From positions 1 through 34,191 of IMG/VR virus record IMGVR_UViG_3300035135_000934: a stretch of 34,191 nt of DNA. One strand, given 5' to 3'. The stretch comes from a virus. Taxonomy: Duplodnaviria > Caudoviricetes. Shown in pieces: positions 8,112 through 14,863 of the stretch. The notes below the pieces were generated by a model. That model worked only from the letters and a program-made list of their open reading frames with translations. It was not told the DNA's origin and did no database searches. The position numbers and the translations under genes are program-made. The first letter of the stretch is position 1, and every line of letters begins with the position of its first letter.

Positions 8112-8179
8112 AGTCCCGAGACGACTCTAAACTCGCTCTGGTCGTTACGCCCGTCTCCTGAGTATGAGAAAAACTGCTC
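8112..8179 (+). ncRNA. Candidate pair of small H-type pseudoknots in an intergenic leader
   Basis: AGTC/GACT with CGAG/CTCG, and TCTC/GAGA with GAGTA/TGCTC, each with an A-rich connecting loop. Confidence 0.4.
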
Positions 8180-8198
8180 TACTAATTGAGGAAATGTT

Positions 8199-8360
8199 AT
8201 GATACACGAGTGGAAAATTTTTTACAAAGGTATACAAGTAGGTCTCACCTATTCATTGACAGAGTACGGTGCGAGAGAGCGTTGGTACAACACACACTCT
8301 AGGAGTGCAAGTAAATACTCCGGTCTTTCGTTTGACGACATCTTCGCAAAGAAGGCATGA
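8199..8360 (+). CDS. Small hypothetical protein (53 aa; paralog A; not in ORF track)
   Basis: GAGG RBS; MIHEWKIFYKGIQVGLTYSLTEYGARERW. Confidence 0.7.
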   Translation: MIHEWKIFYKGIQVGLTYSLTEYGARERWYNTHSRSASKYSGLSFDDIFAKKA

Positions 8361-8527
8361 TAGGTCTTTGGAAGATTTATATAAACGGGAATTTTATGGG
8401 GATCGTTTCGGCGGTCACCAAACACGGAGCCTGCGAGAAGTACTGCGCAGTCTTTGGGATTCCCACGGACATGACTCATACGGGTCACGTCCACATCGTA
8501 GCAGAGAGGTTCAAATATGAGCTTTAA
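8357..8527 (+). CDS. Small hypothetical protein (56 aa; paralog B; not in ORF track)
   Basis: ATGA overlap; MIGLWKIYINGNFMGIVSAVTKHGACEKY aligns with paralog A. Confidence 0.7.
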   Translation: MIGLWKIYINGNFMGIVSAVTKHGACEKYCAVFGIPTDMTHTGHVHIVAERFKYEL

Positions 8528-8768
8528 ATTACCAAGTCCCAACGATATGGGCAACGTGGTCCGTGACTCTCTCCATCATTATTTGGAGTGGCACATATGC
8601 GAGCACTATGGTGTTCACCGTGTAGAGGATCTTTCAGTAACTGAGATTACAGAAGTCATGGCCGAATACTTCAATCAAAAATCCGCACGTCTTGATTCGA
8701 TGGTTGCGGAGGCACTGAGACTCGCGATCGGAAACTGGGAGTCCAGTAACGGAAAGGGAATCCTATGA
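8517..8768 (+). CDS. Hypothetical protein
   Basis: GAGG RBS, coupled to neighbours. Confidence 0.65.
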   Translation: MSFKLPSPNDMGNVVRDSLHHYLEWHICEHYGVHRVEDLSVTEITEVMAEYFNQKSARLDSMVAEALRLAIGNWESSNGKGIL

Positions 8769-9115
8769 AAATTTTAACCATACTAGTATTGATGCTTTTG
8801 CCATTGGGGGCTAACGCGCAGAAGTATGGTACAGACAATTTTAGGTTTCTGGAAAAGGAATACGAAAATCTTACGCCAGGCGTAGAGTTCGTTCTAATGA
8901 AGAACGAACGAGAATACGATGCAGTGAGACGCAAGCACCTTGGAGTGCAGTGGGACACGATTAGTGCGTTTACCTACTGGAACCAAGAAAAAGGGACTTG
9001 TAAGATCTATATTAAAGATCCCGCATGGAAGTACGAACCAGAGTTGATCGGACACGAAGTCGCTCACTGTATCTGGGGTCGATTCCATAACGGACGAAAG
9101 GGGATGAAGAAATGA
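8765..9115 (+). CDS. Secreted HExxH metallopeptidase-like protein
   Basis: Signal peptide MKILTILVLMLLPLGANA; GHEVAHC. Confidence 0.7.
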   Translation: MKILTILVLMLLPLGANAQKYGTDNFRFLEKEYENLTPGVEFVLMKNEREYDAVRRKHLGVQWDTISAFTYWNQEKGTCKIYIKDPAWKYEPELIGHEVAHCIWGRFHNGRKGMKK

Positions 9116-9486
9116 TGTCGAAGTTGTTTGATGTGTTAGAGGAACTGATTCTAGGTTCCATCGTGATCGCAACGATGTTTGCGGTTGGGGAAGAGATCTA
9201 CCGTTTGATCGACGCAGGGACAGTCGCACTGACTGATCTTCTGCTTCTCTTCATCTATGCAGAGGTTGTGGGTATGGTTGCGATCTTCTATCGAAGTCAC
9301 CGCATCCCCGCAGTCCTACCGATCATCATTGCGACTACCGCATTGAGTAGAATGATCATCCTACAGAGCAAGGACTTGGATCCTACGATAATCCTGTTCG
9401 AGGCGGGCGGTATTGTTCTACTAAGTATAGGTGCATTCATCATGACATACCGCGATCGGTTTGTCAGTGAGGATGAACTCCAATAG
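9112..9486 (+). CDS. psiE: Phosphate-starvation-inducible PsiE family membrane protein
   Basis: Four TM helices, LLLFIYAEVVGMV..FY...RIP...PIIIA.TALSR.II signature. Confidence 0.85.
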   Translation: MMSKLFDVLEELILGSIVIATMFAVGEEIYRLIDAGTVALTDLLLLFIYAEVVGMVAIFYRSHRIPAVLPIIIATTALSRMIILQSKDLDPTIILFEAGGIVLLSIGAFIMTYRDRFVSEDELQ

Positions 9487-9589
9487 GGTCTGATTCCCCT
9501 ATCCAAATAACTGAATCAGTGGTGCCCAGAAGAGCAGAGAGTCTCGTTCCTCTCTCAAATCAACGAACGAGTGGTACCGGAGGCTGGAA
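9483..9589 (+). ncRNA. Tandem pseudoknot plus anti-tRNA-3'-end RNA element (two covarying units)
   Basis: Unit 1 ATAGGG-T-CTGATTC-CCCTAT-CCAAATAACT-GAATCAG-TGGTGCC...; unit 2 AGAGAG-T-CTCGTTC-CTCTCT-CAAATCAAC-GAACGAG-TGGTACC...; both stems perfect in both units despite different sequences. Confidence 0.75.
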
Positions 9590-9596
9590 AGAATTG

Positions 9597-9673
9597 GCGG
9601 GTGTAGCTCAGTTGGATAGAGCGTCGGTCTACGAAACCGAAGGTCATAGGTTCGACTCCTATCACCCGCGCCA
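9597..9673 (+). tRNA. tRNA-Arg (ACG)
   Basis: GCGGGTG/CACCCGC, TCGGT-CT-ACG-AA-ACCGA, CCA. Confidence 0.96.
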
Positions 9674-9680
9674 GAAATAT

Positions 9681-9755
9681 TGGGGTGTCGCCAAGTGGTA
9701 AGGCAGCGGGTTTTGATCCCGCCATTCGGTGGTTCGAATCCATCCACCCCAGCCA
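9681..9755 (+). tRNA. tRNA-Gln (TTG)
   Basis: TGGGGTG/CACCCCA, GCGGG-TT-TTG-AT-CCCGC, CCA. Confidence 0.96.
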
Positions 9756-9770
9756 TATGTGAGGAATAGT

Positions 9771-10004
9771 ATGAGTTTTATTAGTGAAATGCAAAGACTG
9801 CAACAGAACATCAAGGAACTGGCGCAGACATTCGAAGCACTCAAGGACGCGGTCGATCAACTGAATCCACCGGAGTATCCTAACCAGTTGCGCGAACCAG
9901 ACACGACAGACCTCGTAGATCAAGAGACACCAAGGAATTCGATTGATGACATAACCCCACAAGAGTGGAACTCTTTGAGGTTCGATAGAGATTCCAAGTC
10001 ATAA
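9771..10004 (+). CDS. Hypothetical coiled-coil protein
   Basis: GAGG RBS, ATG at 9771; the track's start at 9729 overlaps tRNA-Gln. Confidence 0.65.
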   Translation: MSFISEMQRLQQNIKELAQTFEALKDAVDQLNPPEYPNQLREPDTTDLVDQETPRNSIDDITPQEWNSLRFDRDSKS

Positions 10005-10009
10005 TATTA

Positions 10010-10097
10010 GGTGGGCTGGCTGAGCGGTCGAAAGCGGCGGTCTTGAAAACCGTTGAACCGAGAGGTTCCGTAGGTTCGAATCCTACGCCCACCGCCA
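10010..10097 (+). tRNA. tRNA-Ser (TGA)
   Basis: GGTGGGC/GCCCACC, GCGGT-CT-TGA-AA-ACCGT, long variable arm, GCCA end. Confidence 0.96.
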
Positions 10098-10103
10098 TTT
10101 TTG

Positions 10104-10111
10104 TATAAATA
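10104..10111 (+). promoter_or_regulatory. T4-type late promoter
   Basis: TATAAATA about 30 nt upstream of ATG 10143. Confidence 0.8.
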
Positions 10112-10142
10112 AATACATCTATCATCAACAGACTGTATTACA

Positions 10143-10823
10143 ATGAAATCTTTCAAAACATTCCTAGACGAAGGTGTCAACGATCCAGCAATCTTCAAGG
10201 CAATTTTCCTTGCAGGTGGGCCAGGCTCTGGTAAGTCATTCATCGTCGGTAAAACCGGACTGACCTCTATGGGTTACAAGGTCGTCAACTCTGACGACGC
10301 ATTCGAAGCTGCCATGAAGAAGGCAGGTATGGAGATGGACCCAGAAAACATCTTCTCTGTGAAGGGTCAGGAAATCCGTGGTAAGGCAAAGGCACTTACA
10401 GGTAAACGACAGGCACGTTACATCGAAGGTCGTTTAGGACTAGTCATTGATGGTACAGGTAAAGACCCAGACAAGATTGTGACTCAAGCAAGACAACTGA
10501 TCAAGTTAGGTTATGATGTCGCAATGGTCTTCGTAAACACCGATTTAGAAACTGCTATCAAACGTGATGCCGCTCGTAAGAGAACTATCGGTGAAGTCGA
10601 AGCGACTAAGTATTGGAAAGAAGTGCAACGCAATATCGGTCGTTACCAACAGTTGTTTGGTAAGAACAATTTCCTAGTAGTCGACAACTCAGAAGGTAAG
10701 GACTACCAAGCAGAGACCCTACGCGCATATCGTGATGCGACAAAATTCACTAACAAGGCACCAGACAATCCGAAGGCGCAAAAGTGGATTGCGGACGAAA
10801 AAGCGAAAGCAAAAAGGTCTTGA
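10143..10823 (+). CDS. P-loop kinase (zeta toxin/AAA_33-like) with capsid-targeting-like N-terminus
   Basis: Walker A GGPGSGKS, VNSDD, LVIDGTG; starts MKSFKTFLDE. Confidence 0.8.
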   Translation: MKSFKTFLDEGVNDPAIFKAIFLAGGPGSGKSFIVGKTGLTSMGYKVVNSDDAFEAAMKKAGMEMDPENIFSVKGQEIRGKAKALTGKRQARYIEGRLGLVIDGTGKDPDKIVTQARQLIKLGYDVAMVFVNTDLETAIKRDAARKRTIGEVEATKYWKEVQRNIGRYQQLFGKNNFLVVDNSEGKDYQAETLRAYRDATKFTNKAPDNPKAQKWIADEKAKAKRS

Positions 10824-10848
10824 CACCCCCCACACACTGTAGTATAAT
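10820..10848 (+). promoter_or_regulatory. Consensus sigma70 promoter for the peroxidase gene
   Basis: TTGACA-17 bp-TATAAT. Confidence 0.85.
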
Positions 10849-10891
10849 TCCTCTCGAAACTTGAAATAGAGTATTGAGAGGCTCTTAAATT

Positions 10892-12313
10892 ATGCAACGC
10901 TTACTTACTGTAGCGGTATCTAGTGCACTTATCAGTGCGTGTTCTGGTGGAGGTTCTGACACCCCACCACCCGTCGTGACAGACCCTGTCACATCCACAC
11001 CCGTAACGATACCTGTCGACCCCGCAGTCGAGGCACGTGAAAATCTACTCACGTTACTTGACTCTACGTCACCGACAGGTACTTACGAGGCATACATCCT
11101 ACCCGCAAGTGATGACTTCGACAACATCCCGCAGGATCCCAGCAATGAGATCACCGCAGAGAAGGTCGCACTGGGTAAGTTAATCTACCACGAGACTGGT
11201 ATCACTGAAGGTGACATCGAGTCTAGTGAAGGTACGTTCTCGTGCTCGTCTTGTCACAATGCGCAGAACGGATTCAAGTCTGGTATCCGTCAGGGTATCG
11301 GTGAAGGCGGTATCGGTTTCGATCACCGTATGGTTATGGAAGGTGTTGACCTTGCAGACGTTGATGTCCAACCCGTGACATCTCCTACAGTTCTAAACAC
11401 TGCGTTCCAAGAGGTCATGTTGTGGAACGGTCAGTTCGGTAACGAGATCGGTGGTGTGGTCAACGTGGGTATCGATCCCGACCGTCACTTCACAGAAGGT
11501 ACACCGAAGGAAGCGAACCTACGTAACCTGTCCGGACTAGAGACTCAGGCAGTCGCAGGTCTTGGTGTTCACCGTATGGGAACGGACAATCCCAATTCAC
11601 TACTACGCACCAACGAGACGTATCGTCAGATGTTTGAGGACGCGTATGGTGTCGCAGAACCCGACGACATGTTAGAGGCTGCCGCACTTGCGATTGCCGC
11701 ATTCGAACGGACTGTCCTATCTAACGAGGCACCATTCCAAGAGTATCTCCGTGGAGATGAAACTGCGATGACTGAGAAACAGGTCGCAGGTGCAGAGGTG
11801 TTCTTCGGTAAGGGTAACTGCCACACGTGTCACAACGGTGCCGCACTATCGTCACCCAAGGGTGCGATGGCAGACGATATCTTCATGACGTTGGGTTTCC
11901 ACGATCTCGATATGTGGGAAGATACAATCGGTGAAGTGAATGAAGCAACACGTGAGGGACGTGGGGGATTCACTGGAGATACACTGGATAAGTTCAAGTT
12001 CAAAGTACCGCCACTTTACAATCTTATAGATACAGAAGTATTTGGTCACGGTGCGTCGTTTGCATCTGTTGAGGATGTGGTTCGTTACAAAGTAGAAGCG
12101 ATCCCACAACACCCACAAGTAGAAATTGGCGACCTTGACTACAGGTTCACTCCTCTGGATCTAACAGAAGATGAGATCGCGAATCTCGTTGAGTTCCTAG
12201 AGGTCGGTTTGAAAGATGACAACTTGATGCGGTATGTCCCTGAGTCTTTACCCAGTGGTAACTGCCCTGTTAACAACGACGAAGTGTCGCGACAAGAGTT
12301 GGGTTGCGACTAA
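10892..12313 (+). CDS. Di-haem cytochrome c peroxidase (CcP/MauG family) lipoprotein
   Basis: Lipobox LISAC, haem motifs CSSCH and CHTCH, KVALGKLIYHE, WNGQF, FKFKVPPLYNL, PLDLTEDEIANLVEFL. Confidence 0.9.
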   Translation: MQRLLTVAVSSALISACSGGGSDTPPPVVTDPVTSTPVTIPVDPAVEARENLLTLLDSTSPTGTYEAYILPASDDFDNIPQDPSNEITAEKVALGKLIYHETGITEGDIESSEGTFSCSSCHNAQNGFKSGIRQGIGEGGIGFDHRMVMEGVDLADVDVQPVTSPTVLNTAFQEVMLWNGQFGNEIGGVVNVGIDPDRHFTEGTPKEANLRNLSGLETQAVAGLGVHRMGTDNPNSLLRTNETYRQMFEDAYGVAEPDDMLEAAALAIAAFERTVLSNEAPFQEYLRGDETAMTEKQVAGAEVFFGKGNCHTCHNGAALSSPKGAMADDIFMTLGFHDLDMWEDTIGEVNEATREGRGGFTGDTLDKFKFKVPPLYNLIDTEVFGHGASFASVEDVVRYKVEAIPQHPQVEIGDLDYRFTPLDLTEDEIANLVEFLEVGLKDDNLMRYVPESLPSGNCPVNNDEVSRQELGCD

Positions 12314-12326
12314 GAGAAGGAGACTT

Positions 12327-12536
12327 ATGTCTTACAAAGAATATCACGGTGACATCGCTAGGGTCTGCGACCAGTGCGGTTACATAATCGAACACATCGA
12401 AGACGCAGTTACTCAACGTGATATTCTTACAGGTCAACTAAAGTTCTATGCAAAGGCACTCAAGGTAGACTCGGAATACCGAGAAACCTTGCGCCAATCA
12501 TACGATAAATGCGACGATTGTAAGACATATAAATAG
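12327..12536 (+). CDS. Small protein with two CxxC motifs
   Basis: AGGAG RBS; CDQC and CDDC. Confidence 0.65.
   Translation: MSYKEYHGDIARVCDQCGYIIEHIEDAVTQRDILTGQLKFYAKALKVDSEYRETLRQSYDKCDDCKTYK
12528..12535 (+). promoter_or_regulatory. T4-type late promoter for tRNA-Ala and the downstream structured RNA
   Basis: TATAAATA about 10 nt before the tRNA. Confidence 0.7.
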
Positions 12537-12544
12537 GAAGTATA

Positions 12545-12620
12545 GGGGCTATAGCTCAGTTGGGAGAGCGCTTGATTTGCATTCAAGAGGTCGTGGGTTC
12601 GACTCCCTCTAGCTCCACCA
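12545..12620 (+). tRNA. tRNA-Ala (TGC)
   Basis: GGGGCTA/TAGCTCC with G3:U70, CTTGA-TT-TGC-AT-TCAAG, CCA. Confidence 0.96.
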
Positions 12621-12621
12621 G

Positions 12622-12787
12622 TTCCCCCGCTTGCGCGGGACTCGACATAAGATTGGATAAGCGCAATATGCCGTGCGCCCACGAACGTGATCTCTCAAAC
12701 GTGCATGTTGAAAATGCCTTGACGTTCGTCGGATCCAACTTGCCATCACATGTCCTACGGAGTCCTGCGTAAGCGGGGATCTTTTTT
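12622..12787 (+). ncRNA. About 160-nt highly structured ncRNA of unknown function
   Basis: Closing helix CCCCGCTTGCGCGGGACTC / GAGTCCTGCGTAAGCGGGG with three G:U pairs; nested GACAT/ATGTC, TTGGAT/ATCCAA, GCGCA/TGCGC, ACGAACGT/ACGTTCGT; ends in T-tract. Confidence 0.75.
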
Positions 12788-12788
12788 A

Positions 12789-12817
12789 TTGACACGCAAC
12801 AAAAGTTGTGGTACTAT
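12789..12817 (+). promoter_or_regulatory. Sigma70 promoter
   Basis: TTGACA-17 bp-TACTAT with extended TG. Confidence 0.7.
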
Positions 12818-12823
12818 TACATT

Positions 12824-13501
12824 ATGTTTGAACACGTATTCACAGAATTAACCGAAATGAAAGCTGTCACCACTGAGAAGGGGCGACAGTACCGCACACC
12901 TGAAGGCATCGACCTTCCATCCATCACAACAGTTCTCTCGATACTGTCTCGTGAATCTATTGCAAAGTGGCGAGCTAGAGTAGGTCATGAAGAAGCGAAT
13001 CGCATTTCGCATCGTGCATCATCTCGCGGGACACGAGTCCACGAGATCGTAGAGAAGTATATCAACAACGAGGAGAACTTTAAAGATGGATATACTCCAG
13101 ATATTATTAGTAGCTTTAGTGATCTTAAGCCCATTTTGGATAGCCGTATCGGTAGAGTATATGCACAGGAAGCCCCTCTCTACTCAAACCACTTGGGAGT
13201 GGCTGGTCGCGTCGATTGCATTGCTGAGTTTGATGGTCGTCTTTCTGTCATTGATTTCAAGACATCTATGAAACCCAAGCGGAAGGATTGGATCACCAAT
13301 TACTTTATGCAAGAGTCCGCTTACGCAATCATGTGGGAAGAACGAACAAATCGTCCCATCACTCAACTTGTCACCATCATATCCGTAGACAACCACGAAC
13401 CGCAGATCTTTGTCGAACACAGAGATACGTGGGTCCGTCCCCTACGCGAAACAATCGCACAATACAACAAAGAAAATTCTCACAGTTCCCTTGACATATA
13501 A
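12824..13501 (+). CDS. PD-(D/E)xK exonuclease (Cas4/RecB-like, T4-like marine phage type)
   Basis: PSITTVLS, RGTRVH, AGRVDCIAEFDGRLSVIDFKTS, YFMQESAYA. Confidence 0.88.
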   Translation: MFEHVFTELTEMKAVTTEKGRQYRTPEGIDLPSITTVLSILSRESIAKWRARVGHEEANRISHRASSRGTRVHEIVEKYINNEENFKDGYTPDIISSFSDLKPILDSRIGRVYAQEAPLYSNHLGVAGRVDCIAEFDGRLSVIDFKTSMKPKRKDWITNYFMQESAYAIMWEERTNRPITQLVTIISVDNHEPQIFVEHRDTWVRPLRETIAQYNKENSHSSLDI

Positions 13502-13518
13502 ATAGAACCATGTATACT
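13491..13518 (+). promoter_or_regulatory. Late promoter TATAAATA nested in a possible sigma70 promoter
   Basis: TTGACA 13491-13496, TATAAATA 13497-13504, TATACT 13513-13518 (16-bp spacer). Confidence 0.65.
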
Positions 13519-13546
13519 CACCATATCAAATTATTAGGGAATTGGT

Positions 13547-14863
13547 ATGTTAAAGTTTAAGAATTTCATAACAGAAGGTGCCTCTCTGACTACGGGCCAG
13601 ATCCTGAATCCGGATCGCTCGTTTAGACTAGAGTTGTTCCTTCGTAAGTACGTAGGTAATGAGCCGTTTGAACTGAAAGACGGTGGTACTGTTGTACTGA
13701 AATACAACGAAGCAGTGGCGAAAGCACTAAAGTCGGGTAACGGAAAAGAAGCAAACAAGATTGGACTAGAGACTGCAAACGGTGAAAAACTATCGTTCGG
13801 TAAACTACTGAAGAGTAAAGACTTCGGTGGTGGTATAAGTGGATCCGGTGGTGGTGCTTCGCAAACACGCGCCGTTGAATCTGCACAGTGTGTTTACCTA
13901 CAAGCGATCTGGGATAATCCACAGACCAAGTTTACGCCGGAAGAAATCGCTAACTCGTTTTCAAAATGTCATACCGACGCAACACTTGAAGAGGTGTTGG
14001 GCATCACCGATGATTGGGTGAACTCTTCTATGTCGGTCGCAAAGGCACTTTACCGAAATCTAGGCAAAAAGCGATACAGTTTCCACAGAGGATCGGATTG
14101 GGTAAACTCTATCACCGGAAAGAAGGGTGTGTGGTCTGTTCTCAACAGACAAGAAAAACTGTTTCAAGACGCTAATAAGTGGAACCCAGCAGACATCTGG
14201 ATTGTTGCTGAAGGTGCAGAAGGTAAGTACGATCTACAGAACGCTGAGAGTATTACACAGTTGAATCAAAGTCTATTGAAGGCGTGGGAAGCAAGAGACA
14301 TCATTGGGGTGTCTCTAAAACTTGCTGGATCTAAACCAAGAATACAGATCGTCAACTACAAGAAACCATTCAAAGCACCTGTTTTCCAGTCCGTCTCTTA
14401 CAACAAGCGCGGAGACTTCTTCAAGTCAAAGGACGGATATCTCTTTGGTCGTGGTGGTATTGAAGTCCAGTTCAGAACCTTCCCTACCTTCCAAGCGGAG
14501 GTAATCGGTAAGAAGGCGAAACATGGTAAACTCTCTCATGGTGGGATCGAATCTATTTTGAAAGATGTTACAGGTGGTTCATTAGATCCTCGTAAACAAC
14601 TAGAGTCAGAGATACGATCTAAAACCTCTGTCTTCTTGGATCGTTTCCACGCGATGTATTCTTCGGCAGTATCGGATCCGGTAGACCGTCAAGAGTTCGA
14701 GAAGAAACTGCAAGGCAAAGATACAAACTGGTTAGTCTCAAAGTACTATGTAACATCTATTTTTTCGCAGATCAAGGGCAGAGAACAGGAGTTCCTAGGT
14801 CGAATATATCAGATTGCGAAGTCTCAAACGAAAGAGTCTTCTATCCACTTGAAGGTGTCCTAA
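13547..14863 (+). CDS. Putative PD-(D/E)xK-like nuclease with capsid-targeting-like N-terminus
   Basis: KWNPADIW...IIGVSLK motif; starts MLKFKNFITE. Confidence 0.55.
   Translation: MLKFKNFITEGASLTTGQILNPDRSFRLELFLRKYVGNEPFELKDGGTVVLKYNEAVAKALKSGNGKEANKIGLETANGEKLSFGKLLKSKDFGGGISGSGGGASQTRAVESAQCVYLQAIWDNPQTKFTPEEIANSFSKCHTDATLEEVLGITDDWVNSSMSVAKALYRNLGKKRYSFHRGSDWVNSITGKKGVWSVLNRQEKLFQDANKWNPADIWIVAEGAEGKYDLQNAESITQLNQSLLKAWEARDIIGVSLKLAGSKPRIQIVNYKKPFKAPVFQSVSYNKRGDFFKSKDGYLFGRGGIEVQFRTFPTFQAEVIGKKAKHGKLSHGGIESILKDVTGGSLDPRKQLESEIRSKTSVFLDRFHAMYSSAVSDPVDRQEFEKKLQGKDTNWLVSKYYVTSIFSQIKGREQEFLGRIYQIAKSQTKESSIHLKVS

Noticed and set aside
8269-8520. 83-aa + strand ORF from the track
   Set aside because: Overlaps two better-supported coupled paralogous ORFs (8199-8360, 8357-8527) that have an RBS and ATGA junction
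9483-9589. CRISPR mini-array, T-box riboswitch or minus-strand tRNA genes as the explanation of the tandem element
   Set aside because: The units are conserved in structure, not sequence, and there are no cas genes. GAGTGGTACC resembles a T-box, but there is no stem I/specifier or antiterminator. On the minus strand the ...ACCA ends lack a T-loop and cloverleaf. A relic att core cannot be fully excluded, but no integrase is seen and it would not explain the pseudoknots.
10010-10097. Selenocysteine or opal-suppressor tRNA; alternative genetic code
   Set aside because: Anticodon TGA reads TCA (Ser), whereas Sec or opal suppression needs TCA; conserved genes are intact under the standard code and end at TAA, TAG or TGA
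9499-10243. ORFs on both strands spanning the tRNA-Arg/Gln/Ser genes (likewise 3026-3211, 6996-7475, 12446-12795)
   Set aside because: Spurious frames across tRNA and ncRNA genes
260-12313. Bacterial chromosome or prophage flank, given aceA, psiE, peroxidase and tRNAs
   Set aside because: These genes are interleaved with phage-type small ORFs, T4 late promoters and phage early-promoter repeats; no bacterial operon context or integrase
12622-12787. Retron msr/msd or simple terminator
   Set aside because: No reverse transcriptase in the window; nested helices over 160 nt are far more than a terminator needs
12824-13501. CRISPR-associated Cas4
   Set aside because: Lacks the Fe-S cysteine cluster; no array or other cas genes; matches the common T4-like phage exonuclease
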